Assembly (NCBI GenBank): GCA_963705305.1
Contig: OY970067.1
Location: forward strand, 5,120,001-5,184,000
Direction of reading: 5' to 3'
Length of the DNA stretch: 64,000 bases
Source of the DNA: an uncultured Methylomirabilota bacterium
GTDB taxonomy: Bacteria; Methylomirabilota; Methylomirabilia; Methylomirabilales; 2-02-FULL-66-22
Below are positions 51,895 through 62,055 of the stretch, one piece after another. Each line of letters starts with the position of its first letter. The stretch's first letter is position 1. The position numbers and the translations under genes are program-made. Under the pieces are notes generated by a model. That model had not been told where the DNA came from. It did no database searches and saw only the letters and a list, made by a program, of their open reading frames with translations.

Positions 51895-52797
51895 ATGCGT
51901 ATCGTGCTGGGTGTTGACGGATCGGAGGGGGCGCGCTGGGCGACGGAGGTCATCCTCGCGCTGCCTCTCCCGCCGCCGGTGGATGTGACTGCCGTCTCGG
52001 TGATCGATGTCCCGGAGCCGCCCTTCACTTCCCTGACGGGGCCGGCCCGCAAGGCTTATGCCGGGGCCGTTGCAACGATGCGGCGCGAGGCGGCGGAGGC
52101 GGCGGCGGCGGCGCTGGGAAAGACCAGGGATCATTTGCACGGGCGTGTCTCCAGCCTCACGACCCAGGTCAAGACAGGCCGCCCCGCAACCGTCCTCTGC
52201 GATACGGCCAAGACGCTGGCAGCCGACCTCTTGGTGGTGGGCTCGCGCGGGTTGGGCCCGGTAAAGGGGATGCTGCTGGGCAGCGTCTCGCACGAGGCTG
52301 TTCGCTCTGCCCCCTGCTCCGTCCTGGTGGCCCGCGGCCCGGTGATCGATGTGCAGCGGGTGCTGCTGGGCGTGGACGGCTCCGTCCACAGCGAGGCGGG
52401 GGCGAAGTTCCTGGCGGGCCTGTCTTTTTCCCCGCAGGCCACCATTCATCTCTGCGCGGTGGCGGAGCAGCCCATCTTTGGCCCCGGGCACACGCCGAAG
52501 ACCCCGGAGGAACTGGCAGAAGCGCTGCGGACGATCGAGAAGGTGGCACGGGCGGGGGCTGAGCGGGTGCTGGCGGACACGCAGGCGCTGCTGGGCACCA
52601 ATGGTTGCAGCATCGTCCCTTCTCTGCGCTCCGGCCACCCGGTGGATCACCTGCTGGCGGCCATCCGGGAGTCCCGCCCTGATATCGCCGTCGTCGGCGC
52701 CAAGGGGCGCACGGCCGGAAAGGAGCATCCGTTGGGGAGTGTGACGCTCATGGTCCTCAAGTACGCCTCGTGCTCCGTGCTTGTGGTCCGATCGTAA
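51895..52797 (+). CDS. Universal stress protein, tandem Usp domains
   Basis: IVLGVDGS..DLLVVGSRG..LLGSVS..APCSVLV repeated twice. Confidence 0.93.
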   Translation: MRIVLGVDGSEGARWATEVILALPLPPPVDVTAVSVIDVPEPPFTSLTGPARKAYAGAVATMRREAAEAAAAALGKTRDHLHGRVSSLTTQVKTGRPATVLCDTAKTLAADLLVVGSRGLGPVKGMLLGSVSHEAVRSAPCSVLVARGPVIDVQRVLLGVDGSVHSEAGAKFLAGLSFSPQATIHLCAVAEQPIFGPGHTPKTPEELAEALRTIEKVARAGAERVLADTQALLGTNGCSIVPSLRSGHPVDHLLAAIRESRPDIAVVGAKGRTAGKEHPLGSVTLMVLKYASCSVLVVRS

Positions 52798-52891
52798 GGG
52801 CGGCCATCGCCAATGCAGCGCCGTACTCCCGCGGGCTGTCGCAGAGCCTTAAGGGGCCAGGAGGACACGTGGGATCTGAAAGGAGAGCACG

Positions 52892-53179
52892 ATGATGTTC
52901 GTCACGCGCGCCGAAAAGGAAAGGCCGCCTGCCAGCTTTCAGCTCGGCTGGTTTCGATGCGAGGCCTGCAACAAGGTGAAGCCATTGTCGCAGCGACAAT
53001 GGCGCTCGCCCTTCGAGCGGGGGTTCGGCGTGTGCCGCGGGTGCTACGAGACCTGGGAGCGGCTCGGCCGCCGCTGTCCACGCTGCTGGAGGCAAGTCGG
53101 CCGCGACGAGGCACTGGCCTTCCATATCGATCGGAGCACGTTCGGCCACTTCCTGTGCGGCGGCGCCCTGCTCGCCTGA
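52892..53179 (+). CDS. Small Cys-rich putative zinc-binding protein
   Basis: AAAGGAGA RBS; CEAC, CRGC, CPRC, HFLC. Confidence 0.65.
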   Translation: MMFVTRAEKERPPASFQLGWFRCEACNKVKPLSQRQWRSPFERGFGVCRGCYETWERLGRRCPRCWRQVGRDEALAFHIDRSTFGHFLCGGALLA

Positions 53180-53297
53180 CGACGAGGAGGCCTTTCTGGT
53201 CCGGCCGGCAGCACCGGGATCTCCTGGCGGCATGCCGCTGCGGAATACGCCGGGCGGCCCGGACGACCAGCCTCTGGGACGCTGAACGGCAATACAA

Positions 53298-54059
53298 TTA
53301 CGGCGCGGGGAGGATCTGGCTGCGGTCGAGCTCTTCCACCCGGGGGAGGAGCGCCTGCCGTGCGAGGGCAAGGTCTTCTTCCAGGTCGATCCGGATCCAG
53401 GGCAGGTCCCCCACCTCGACGACCCCGATGGGAACCTCCGCGGCCAGCTCGCGGAAGGCACTTTCGTATTCGTATTCCAGCGCGTCCTTGCCGGTCCTGA
53501 CAAGCTCCTCGAGAATACCCCGGAGAACCAGGGCGGCATCGGCAGAAAGGCGCAGGAAGCCGACGGCCTCGCCTCGAATCCGCGGATCGTCGCGGGCCTC
53601 CCGGCTGACCTCGACCACCCATTCATCCTCGCAGATCACCTTCGGCGCCTCGCCCGCGTCCCGGAATCCCTCGTCCACGGCAATGGCATTCGGATCGGCG
53701 GAGGCCAGCAGGCGCGCCAGCAGCTCCTGGGGACAGAACACATCGCCGTCCATGAGGAGGATATCGTCGTCCAGCTCCTCTCGGGCCGTCCACAGCGAAA
53801 GGATGTTGCCGCGGCCGGGCGGGGTATTCTCGATCAACCGCACCACCACATCGGCGGGACCGCCGGCGGTCTCGGCCGCGATCTTCTCCTTCGGGTGGCC
53901 CACGATCAGAACGGCTTCCGGTATCCCCAAGGCCCGCAAGGCCTCGATATGACGGCGCAGGAGGGACTGTGCCCCGATCTGCAGGAGGCACTTGGGGGTC
54001 CCCCCCGTCTCCGGTTTGAGCCGTCCACCGACGCCGGCGGCCAGGATGATGGCGCGCAT
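53298..54059 (-). CDS. NTP transferase, phosphocholine cytidylyltransferase (LicC-like) family
   Basis: MRAIILAAGVGGRL..PKCLL, GNILSL, LMDGD, GEAVG, EYE, PWIRID..EDL. Confidence 0.85.
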   Translation of the reverse strand: MRAIILAAGVGGRLKPETGGTPKCLLQIGAQSLLRRHIEALRALGIPEAVLIVGHPKEKIAAETAGGPADVVVRLIENTPPGRGNILSLWTAREELDDDILLMDGDVFCPQELLARLLASADPNAIAVDEGFRDAGEAPKVICEDEWVVEVSREARDDPRIRGEAVGFLRLSADAALVLRGILEELVRTGKDALEYEYESAFRELAAEVPIGVVEVGDLPWIRIDLEEDLALARQALLPRVEELDRSQILPAP

Positions 54060-54269
54060 GGGAGGACTCCGCGATCCGAATGGGGGAGAAGACAAGAAAG
54101 CAGGACCGATGCTAAGCGAGCACAAACCGGGGTGTCAAGCCCATTTCGGACTGTTTCGGCCGGAACCGATCTTTCCTGCCCCCGGCCGATGTGGTACAGT
54201 ACCGCCACCATCGGCGGCGGCGCCGGCGAGGGCCCGCCCAGCCCTGGCGGTGCACAGCGGGAGATCAGC

Positions 54270-55715
54270 ATGGCCTATTCCGACCTGCGGGAATTCATTG
54301 CCGCCCTGGAGCGGGCCGGCGAGCTTCGCCGCATCACGGCGGAGGTCAACCCGGTCCTCGAGATCACCGAGATCACCGATCGCGTGAGCAAGCAGGGCGG
54401 CCCCGCTCTGCTGTTCGAGCGCGTCCAAGGATCCCGCATGCCCCTGCTGATCAATGCTTTCGGCAGCCCGGCGCGGATGCGGCTGGCTCTGGATGTCCCA
54501 TCCCTGGACACTCTGGCGGCCGAACTCCAGGAAGTCCTGGATCTCAAGGCTCCGCAGGGACTCCTGGACAAGCTGCGCATGCTCCCCAGGCTGCACGAGC
54601 TGACCAGCGCCTTCCCCAAGGTGGTCAAGGACGGCCCCTGCAAGGAGGTCGTCGTGCGGGACGCGCCGTCGCTGGCAGGGCTCCCCATCCTGCAGTGCTG
54701 GCCGCAGGACGCCGGCCGCTACATCACCTTCCCGCTGGTCTTCACCAAGGATCCGGAGACGGGCGTTCGCAACTGCGGCGCGTACCGGATGCAGCTCTTC
54801 GACGAGCGAACCACCGGCATGCACTGGCATGTGCAGAAGGGGGCCGCGGTCCACTACCGCAAGGCCAAACGCCGGGGCCAGCGGATCGAGGTGGGGGTTG
54901 CCATTGGTGCGGATCCTGCCGTCTGCTTCGCCGCAACCCTCCCCCTGCCCGAGGGGGTTGACGAGATGCTGGTGGCCGGGTTCATCCGGAAGAAATCCGT
55001 CGAAATGATCAGATGCGAAACCGTGGACGTCGAGGTGCCGGCCCAGGCCGAGATCGTCCTGGAAGGCTACGTGGATACGGAGGAGCTGCGCACCGAAGGC
55101 CCCTTCGGCGATCATACCGGGTATTATTCGCTGGCCGACGAGTATCCGGTTTTCCATCTGACCTGCCTCACCCACCGTCGCGATCCCATCTACCACACCA
55201 CCGTGGTGGGGCGGCCGCCCATGGAGGATTGCCACATGGCCGCCGCCATCGAGCTCCTCTTCCTTCCCGTCCTGCGCAAGCAGCTGCCCGAGATTGTGGA
55301 CCTCCACCTGCCCTTCGAGGGGGTCTTCCATAACCTGGTGCTCGTCAGCATCGACAAGCAGTATCCCGGCCATGCCCGCAAGGTCATGCACGCTCTGTGG
55401 GGCCTGGGTCAGGCCATGGTCAGTAAGGTGATCGTCGTGGTGGATCGAGACGTGGATGTGCGCGACTACTCCGAGGTGACCTGGAAGGCCCTGAACCACA
55501 TCGACCCGCAGCGGGACATCGAGTTCGTCCTGGGGCCCGTCGAGACCCTGGATCACGCCAGCCGGCTGCCGAAGTTCGGCTCCAAGATGGGGGTGGATGC
55601 CACCCGCAAGTGGCCGGAGGAAGGTTTCACCCGTCCCTGGCCGGACGAGATCGTGATGGACGAGGCGACGCGGCGGCTGGTGGACGGCCGCTGGAAGGAC
55701 TACGGATTGGGGTGA
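54270..55715 (+). CDS. ubiD: UbiD-family decarboxylase, menaquinone (futalosine pathway, MqnL-like) type
   Basis: AYSDLREFI, WPQDAGRYITFP, EGPFGDHTGYY, VVGRPPMED, KQYPGHARKVM..WGLGQ, DATRKWPEEG. Confidence 0.92.
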   Translation: MAYSDLREFIAALERAGELRRITAEVNPVLEITEITDRVSKQGGPALLFERVQGSRMPLLINAFGSPARMRLALDVPSLDTLAAELQEVLDLKAPQGLLDKLRMLPRLHELTSAFPKVVKDGPCKEVVVRDAPSLAGLPILQCWPQDAGRYITFPLVFTKDPETGVRNCGAYRMQLFDERTTGMHWHVQKGAAVHYRKAKRRGQRIEVGVAIGADPAVCFAATLPLPEGVDEMLVAGFIRKKSVEMIRCETVDVEVPAQAEIVLEGYVDTEELRTEGPFGDHTGYYSLADEYPVFHLTCLTHRRDPIYHTTVVGRPPMEDCHMAAAIELLFLPVLRKQLPEIVDLHLPFEGVFHNLVLVSIDKQYPGHARKVMHALWGLGQAMVSKVIVVVDRDVDVRDYSEVTWKALNHIDPQRDIEFVLGPVETLDHASRLPKFGSKMGVDATRKWPEEGFTRPWPDEIVMDEATRRLVDGRWKDYGLG

Positions 55716-55771
55716 CCCGATAGTTTCTTGCGGCGCCGCCCCCCGGGGAGTGCCCGCCTGCCCGCTCCCCG

Positions 55772-56737
55772 TCACCCCTTCGGCGACTTGAGCACTTCCG
55801 GATTCACCGGGTACTTGGGCCGCTCCCCGCGCAGCACGCGCAGCACATCCTCCGCCGCGCTCTGGGCCATCCGCATCATGGCCTCTTCCGTGACGCCGGC
55901 CATGTGGGGGGTGAGGATGATGTTCGGCAACCCGGCCAGCGGGTGGCCCGCCTTGAGCGGCTCATCCACCACCACGTCGAGGCCGGCCCCGCCCAGCTTC
56001 CCCGCCCGGACAGCCTCACCGACCGCCGCCTCGTCGACGATCCCTCCCCGTGCGGTATTGACCAGGATCGCGGTCGGCTTCATGCGCCCCAGGGCTGCGG
56101 TGCCGATCAGGTTCCGCGTCTCCTTTGTCAGCGGCACGTGGATCGAGAGGAAGTCGGCCTGAGCCAGGAGGGGGTCGAGATCCGTCACTCGCTCAATCTC
56201 TTCCGGCCATGGCTCCTTGTAGGGGTCATATCCGATCACGCGCATTTCCAGAGCGCTGCTCGTCATGCGCGCCAGGCGCAGCCCCGCGGCCCCCAAGCCG
56301 ACGATGCCCATGACCTTGCCGGACAGCTCCAGCCCCTGGTAGCTCTTCTGGGGGCGCAGCGCCTTCAGGGTCAGGTCCCGCTGGCACTCGCCGATGCGCC
56401 GGGCCACCGCCAGCATCATGGTCAGGGCGTGCTCGGCGACCGAGATCGAGTTGGCGGTGGGGGTGTTCGTCACAACCACGCCGCAGGCCGTCGCCGCGGC
56501 GACCTCGACATTATCGTACCCCACCCCGTGCTTGGCGATGATCTTGAGCTGGGGTGCCCCCCGGATGATCGCGCCCGGCATCGGCGCCACGCGGACGATG
56601 ACTCCCTGCACCGACTCCAGTGCCTTCTCCAGCGGCTCCTTGTCCTTCCCGCCCCACGCCACGGCCTCGGTCTCGTTTGCCAACAAGCCCCACCCCGCCT
56701 GATGAATAGGCTCGGTCACCAGCACCTTCGGTTTCAT
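55772..56737 (-). CDS. D-2-hydroxyacid (phosphoglycerate dehydrogenase-like) dehydrogenase
   Basis: KHGVGYDN, SVAEH, GIVGLGAAG, HVPLT, NTARG, LDV..EP, TPHMAG. Confidence 0.92.
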   Translation of the reverse strand: MKPKVLVTEPIHQAGWGLLANETEAVAWGGKDKEPLEKALESVQGVIVRVAPMPGAIIRGAPQLKIIAKHGVGYDNVEVAAATACGVVVTNTPTANSISVAEHALTMMLAVARRIGECQRDLTLKALRPQKSYQGLELSGKVMGIVGLGAAGLRLARMTSSALEMRVIGYDPYKEPWPEEIERVTDLDPLLAQADFLSIHVPLTKETRNLIGTAALGRMKPTAILVNTARGGIVDEAAVGEAVRAGKLGGAGLDVVVDEPLKAGHPLAGLPNIILTPHMAGVTEEAMMRMAQSAAEDVLRVLRGERPKYPVNPEVLKSPKG

Positions 56738-57057
56738 TGCTTGCCTCATCCTCCGTCCACGCCCGACCGGTTCACAGCTCGACGGCACCCGGGGCCCCCG
56801 GCGTGCGGCCGCAATCCCGGATGTCGAAAGGAATCTCCCCGCGAGAGTCCCCGCTCGCAAAGATGCCGCTTCCGGGCGCGGCCGCCCGGGCCTTAGCCGA
56901 TCCTACCGCCGCGTCCCCAGCGGGACCCGCACCCATCCGCGCCCCCCTTGAATACACGGGCTCCGCCGTCCAGGCAAGCCCAATAGAGCGAGGAATCGGA
57001 AAGGACAGGAAGGGCGCACCTTCCCGCCGCCGGTCTCGGCTGACTGGCCGCTGCCGT

Positions 57058-57456
57058 CTAGGGTCGCGGAGCCTTCCCGGGCGGCGCCTCCGCCCCCCAC
57101 TGGTGAGCCGCCATGTCCACGCGGCCATCCGGTAGGAAACGGACACCCTCGCGGGCAAGTAGCCGGCGCTGGCGGTCCGGATCCCCGACGCAGTAGTTGG
57201 GGCTCAGGGAGCCGCCCTGCTGCACCACCCGGTGGCAGGGCACCCGTCCCCCGTGGGGATTCCCATGCATCGCCCAGCCCACCACGCGGGCCGATCGCGG
57301 CGCGCCGAGCATCTTGGCGACCTGCCCGTACGTCACGACCCGCCCTCGCGGGACGCGGGCCACCAGGGCGTAGACCCGATCGAAAAACCCTGGCGAAGCA
57401 GGCCGCCGGCCTCCCCATCTCGACCCGCCCACGGCGCTCCGGCGCGGGCCCGCCAT
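57058..57456 (-). CDS. MGMT/Ogt C-terminal family DNA-alkylation repair protein
   Basis: C-terminus of ORF 57058..57948: VPRGRVVTYGQVA, ARVVGWAM, PCHRVV, QRRLL..EGV; GGGAGG RBS. Confidence 0.88.
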   Translation of the reverse strand: MAGPRRSAVGGSRWGGRRPASPGFFDRVYALVARVPRGRVVTYGQVAKMLGAPRSARVVGWAMHGNPHGGRVPCHRVVQQGGSLSPNYCVGDPDRQRRLLAREGVRFLPDGRVDMAAHQWGAEAPPGKAPRP

Positions 57457-57491
57457 GCTGTGCCCCTCCCGGGAAGCGACCACCGGACCCT

Positions 57492-58463
57492 CTACCTGGC
57501 CAGCACGTCCGCCAGCTCGAGCAGTGGGAGATCGAGGGGCTTCTGCTTTCCGACCACCTCGGCCAGCGGCGTGGTCGCCACCTCCCCTTTGATCACACCG
57601 ACCAGGACGCCGTGCTCTCCGCGGGCCAGCGCGTCGGTCGCGCCGCACCCCAGCCGGGTTGCCAGGATCCGATCGAACGCGCCCGGATTTCCGCCGCGCT
57701 GGACGTGCCCGAGGATCGTGACCCGCAGATCGAACCCCAGCTCTTCCCGGCGATCCTTGAAGTAGGCGGCCATAGCCTCTGCGTTGTATTTCGCCCCCTC
57801 GGCCACCACCACCAGGGCGTGGGGCTTGCCGCGCTCGTACCCGGCGCGGAGCGCCGCAGCCACGCGATCCGGGTCGGTGTCGATCTCCGGAAGCACGACG
57901 GCCTCCGCTCCGCCGGCGATGGCCGCCATCATGGCCAGGTATCCGCAATGCCGCCCCATGACCTCGACCAGGAAGGCCCGCTGGTGGGAGGAGGCGGTCG
58001 TCTTCAGTCGATCGATGGCCTCCAGCGCAATGTTCAGGGCGGTGTCCACGCCGAGGGTGACGTCGGATCCGGCAAGGTCGTTGTCGATGGTCGAGGCCAC
58101 CCCCACCACGGGAAAGTCCATCCGCGACAGGGCGTACGCCCCAGTCTGGGAGCCATTTCCGCCGATCACGACCAGCGCATCCACACCCCGCTCTCTCAGG
58201 TGGGCCAGGGCCTTCTCGCGCCCCGCCGACGTCTCGAACTCCAGGCTGCGTGCGCTACCGAGGATCGTGCCCCCCTGCTGCAGAATCCCTCCCACACCGC
58301 GGGCCCCCAGGACCTCCATATTCCCGGCAATCAGCCCTGCATAGCCATGTCGGACGCCCAGCACCTCCCATCCGCGGCCGATACCCGTACGCACCACGGC
58401 ACGGATGGCCCCGTTCATTCCGGGGGCATCTCCGCCGCTCGTCAGGACGGCAATCCGCTTCAT
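57492..58463 (-). CDS. pfkA: ATP-dependent 6-phosphofructokinase
   Basis: LTSGGDAPGMN, GGTILGSAR, IGGNGS, TIDND, EVMGR, VAEG, LGHVQRGG. Confidence 0.95.
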   Translation of the reverse strand: MKRIAVLTSGGDAPGMNGAIRAVVRTGIGRGWEVLGVRHGYAGLIAGNMEVLGARGVGGILQQGGTILGSARSLEFETSAGREKALAHLRERGVDALVVIGGNGSQTGAYALSRMDFPVVGVASTIDNDLAGSDVTLGVDTALNIALEAIDRLKTTASSHQRAFLVEVMGRHCGYLAMMAAIAGGAEAVVLPEIDTDPDRVAAALRAGYERGKPHALVVVAEGAKYNAEAMAAYFKDRREELGFDLRVTILGHVQRGGNPGAFDRILATRLGCGATDALARGEHGVLVGVIKGEVATTPLAEVVGKQKPLDLPLLELADVLAR

Positions 58464-58804
58464 GTCACCCTCCGTGATCGGCCAGAAGATGGAGCGAGAT
58501 GAGCTCGCGCCTGTCTGCGGCTGGTCCGCCGGCCGAAGGCCAAGAGCAGGCCCGGCCGATGGATCCCGGCATCTCGCGGGGAATGTCCTGCGGATCAGGG
58601 GAAGCGGCTAAGGACCGGCGAACATGCCGCGCGCCCGACTTCCAAAGGTTCTGTGTGGAAGATCTTACCAAGGGCCTTGCGGGGGCGCAACCCCCCTCGG
58701 CCAACCCGATATCGCGTCGCGGCCGGCGAGATAACCGACGCGCACGTCTTGGCTGTCCGGCTGGCATCCGTGGCCCCCCCGGGGGGGAGAGACGGAAGGG
58801 CGGG

Positions 58805-58850
58805 AAAAAGTGCGGGCACCGCCCTTGGAAATCAACTGCGCGGTGCCCGC
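58805..58850 (-). terminator. Possible intrinsic terminator
   Basis: GCGGGCACCGC / GCGGTGCCCGC 11-bp stem with T5 on the minus strand, downstream of the gene ending at 58898; loop is large (17 nt). Confidence 0.45.
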
Positions 58851-58897
58851 CGTCATCAACACCGGCCAGGGGATGAAACGCCGCGATCATCCAGCAT

Positions 58898-59356
58898 TCA
58901 TAGCGCCACCGGCTTGGAGGATGCCTCCGCAGCGATGTCTTCGTGGAGCCAGTGGCCGGTCGCCCGGCCGACGGCCGTGGAAACGAGGGTGGCATGAATG
59001 ACGTCGGTGAGGTTCGCAGAGCCGAAGGGCTTGTGAAAGGCCCGCGTGGCCCCCGCCTGTATGCCCTTCACCGCCAGGTCAGGGTCATCAACCGGCATCA
59101 TCATGATGATGGGAACCTGGCGGAGATTCTCCTCGGTCCGCAGGCGGCGGCACACCTCCAGACCGTCCATTCGGGACAGCGCGATGTCCAGAAGGATCAG
59201 GTCGGGAATCTCGGCTTTGGCCATCTCGATCCCGGACGGGCCGTCGCTGGCCATGAGGACCTGGAAGTCGTGATCCAGAAGGACCTCGGCAATCGTCGCC
59301 AGGAGCAGCGCATCGCTGTTCACACAGAGAATCTTGGGTCGATCGAGGATGGACAC
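58898..59356 (-). CDS. Single-domain response regulator (atypical acidic pocket)
   Basis: KILCVNSD, PDLILLDI, MDGLEVCRRL, KPF; GTG start with GGAGG inferred. Confidence 0.8.
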   Translation of the reverse strand: MSILDRPKILCVNSDALLLATIAEVLLDHDFQVLMASDGPSGIEMAKAEIPDLILLDIALSRMDGLEVCRRLRTEENLRQVPIIMMMPVDDPDLAVKGIQAGATRAFHKPFGSANLTDVIHATLVSTAVGRATGHWLHEDIAAEASSKPVAL

Positions 59357-59969
59357 GCCTCGCCTCCACTGGCTTTCTTTGGCCAGATAGCCGCACGTCT
59401 TGCCCAGATCCGCTCGGGGCGCCTGCGAGCCCTGCTCGCTCGCCGTGCCGTGCGATCCTCCGAAAGGATCAAGGTATGCGCTGGACATGGCCGACCTCCT
59501 GCGACGAATCTCGCCAACGTATCTCAGCGGCAGCGGACCCTCTTGCGAGTTTTCAAGATTCCCCTGGCCCCCGGGTTGGTCGATTTCGGCTGTGCAAGAA
59601 CAGCGTTTGCAGGCCGCTCGCCGCCTCTTCCAGAAGCACAGCAAACCGCGTGCCGAAAGAGATTGTTGTGCCTTCTCAGGCTCCTCACGGCGCTGATCGT
59701 GGATAGGGGAAGACGCGAAGCTGAGCCTTTCAGGCTCGGAGACGACCACGCCAGAAATATATACAATGTTAGTATTTTCAAATAGATACAGCGATGCTAT
59801 CCCGGGGAAGTGGCTCAGCAGAGGACCCGTTCAATCCTGTCCGGCATGGCGCGTCATTCTGAGCCTCTGGAGAGGCTTGGCCATTCCATGATGGCCGGTG
59901 TCTCTTACCCGTTGGCAATCAAATACTAACACTCGGTGACAAAAAATGACACCAGACACCAAAGCCCGG

Positions 59970-60224
59970 CTATCCACTTCCGCACCACCAGCAACGTAGA
60001 AGTCCACCGAGATACTGCCCGGAAAAGAACGCGCCCGCCAAGACCGGGAAGACCGAGAGCTTCCACCCTAGTCCCGCCGCAATACGCAATCCGACGATCA
60101 GCGGCACGGGGGCGTGAACCGCTACGAACCACGGCAGGCTAAGCTTCCGCAGGCCCGCTCTCCAGAAGCCGAAGGGCAGGTTCAAGATCAGAACGGCAAC
60201 CGCGACAACTTCAAGGGTCCGCAT
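59970..60224 (-). CDS. Small hypothetical membrane protein
   Basis: Three hydrophobic segments; NLPFGFWRA..WFVAVHAPVP pattern. Confidence 0.7.
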   Translation of the reverse strand: MRTLEVVAVAVLILNLPFGFWRAGLRKLSLPWFVAVHAPVPLIVGLRIAAGLGWKLSVFPVLAGAFFSGQYLGGLLRCWWCGSG

Positions 60225-60639
60225 TTACCGGACCCGCGGCCATTCGGTGTATCCGGCGCCCATGCGCGTTCGACTCCCCCTCCGTATCCGCCTCGTCTCC
60301 CGATGCTTCGAAATGTTGCCTGGTCCGCATGGGACATGGCTCCGGCCGCCATTTCTTCCAACATCGAAAAGTATAGACTATTAGCGACCAGAGCGATACG
60401 GTTCGGTCACGGCGCTCCCGCGAGTGCGCACGCGGGAGGAAGACGCAAGCGGGATCCATTCGGCAGGCGGGATCCAAATGCACTGTCGCGTGGGCCTGGC
60501 ACCGGCGGGACGTTCTTCTCGTGTCGGGGATGAGGGACTCGGGATGGGGGCAGAGACCAGGATGCCACACGGTCGATCCGGTCGGCCTCTGCCCCCCTTC
60601 CGCCGAGACTCCCTTCAATCTCGGTCGCAAATGCATGGG

Positions 60640-61074
60640 CTATCGGCGATCCATGCTCTGCCCACAATCCCACATCCCTGCGTAGTCGCTCCGCCGCCCA
60701 TCCCGATCCCGATACGCCGGGATCGCCGGACTCCGGTATCCCTCCACACGGCCCGGCACATAAACCACCCGCGAAGGAGCGCGATAGATCGTAATCGGAG
60801 GAGCAGGGACCACGGGGGGCTGCGTGTAGATCACCGGAGGCGGAGTGTAGACGACCGGAGGCGGGGGACTATAGATCGTAGGAGGCGCCGGGTACGCCGC
60901 GACCGGGGCTTGAAGCGCGTTCAAGAGGATGCTGCCGGCTATGAGCACACCCGCTCCGATGACGGCTCCTGCCCATCTGTTGCTGACGGCGTGACTATCG
61001 CCGGCCAGTGCCGCAGTGGGGACCATCGCGAGCATCAAGCCAATAACCAGAGTGATCGCCAATATCTTTCGCAT
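60640..61074 (-). CDS. Secreted Pro/Tyr-rich hypothetical protein
   Basis: AAGGAGG RBS, signal peptide MRKILAITL..AALA, Gly-zipper-like helix, PPPVVY repeats. Confidence 0.8.
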   Translation of the reverse strand: MRKILAITLVIGLMLAMVPTAALAGDSHAVSNRWAGAVIGAGVLIAGSILLNALQAPVAAYPAPPTIYSPPPPVVYTPPPVIYTQPPVVPAPPITIYRAPSRVVYVPGRVEGYRSPAIPAYRDRDGRRSDYAGMWDCGQSMDRR

Positions 61075-61527
61075 CTCACTTCCTCCTTTTTCGGGAAGGT
61101 GTCGCTTTCTGTTTTCTTCCAGTGAACAAAATATAAATGAGTGAGTGCTCACTTATTATTACAATTCATGATGCCTCGTTGTTTCATTCGAGCAAACAAG
61201 GAATGGATGACATGTATCGCTAATTGTTCGATGTGATACCATATACCATACAGGTGTATAGTTTATAAGGAGACGAATTCCCGTTGGAGGTCGCTGACGG
61301 AACTGCCGCCGCGATTATCTCGACTCCTGTTCCCACTTGACACTCGATGCCGCCGAGCGTACCGTTTCCCCGGTCATCCGGAGACAATGCCCGTCGGTCG
61401 GAGGAGACTCGAAGGTGGAAGGCCGGCTTCCCGGCCATTCCGCAGGCGGTGCCGGGCAGGAGAATTCTCAGGACGGAGCGCCGAAGGGCCGAAGAGAATC
61501 GAGAGAAACCGACTGGAGAGCGCGGCT

Positions 61528-62055
61528 ATGGATCGGACGGTTACCTGTCCACATTGTCAATCGACCCAGGCGATTGACGCCCAAGACGTGGATCGTTCCG
61601 ATGTTTGGTGCGAGCGGTGCGGATACCTGATCAAGGCGGGGTTCGATGCTGCGGCGCTTTCCCGGGGGGCCAAGATCCTCTGGATCGACGATGACCGCCT
61701 CCTGCTCAGCTTCGGGAAGGACACCCTTGAACGGCACGGCTACCGAACCGTCACCGCAACCGACGGCCCTTCTGGAATCGCCGCGGCAAAGAAGGAGGCG
61801 CCGGACCTGATCATCGTCGACATCATCCTGCCCAACAATATGGACGGATACGAGGTCTGCCGCCGCCTGCGGACCGAGCCCGCACTGAAGGAAACGCCGA
61901 TCATCCTCCTCACTGCCCTGGAGAACCCCAAGGCGGGTTTGCCCGGGGGCGGCGTTGGCGCCACCTTCATGATGAGCAAGCCCTCCCGGCCCGAACGCAT
62001 TCTGGGCCTCATCGAGTCGCTCTTGAGCCGGAAGCCCGACCTGCCGAAGCTGTGA
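61528..62055 (+). CDS. Response regulator with N-terminal zinc ribbon
   Basis: CPHC..CERC then ILWIDDD, PDLIIVDI, LTA, KP. Confidence 0.85.
   Translation: MDRTVTCPHCQSTQAIDAQDVDRSDVWCERCGYLIKAGFDAAALSRGAKILWIDDDRLLLSFGKDTLERHGYRTVTATDGPSGIAAAKKEAPDLIIVDIILPNNMDGYEVCRRLRTEPALKETPIILLTALENPKAGLPGGGVGATFMMSKPSRPERILGLIESLLSRKPDLPKL

Noticed and set aside
58465..58800. Non-coding stretch upstream of pfkA as an ncRNA
   Set aside because: Only short GC hairpins, with no recognisable motif or second copy.
61140..61270. AT-rich patch as a CRP/FNR site or replication origin
   Set aside because: TGTGA half-site has no matching second half and there are no DnaA boxes or iterons; probably ordinary divergent promoters.
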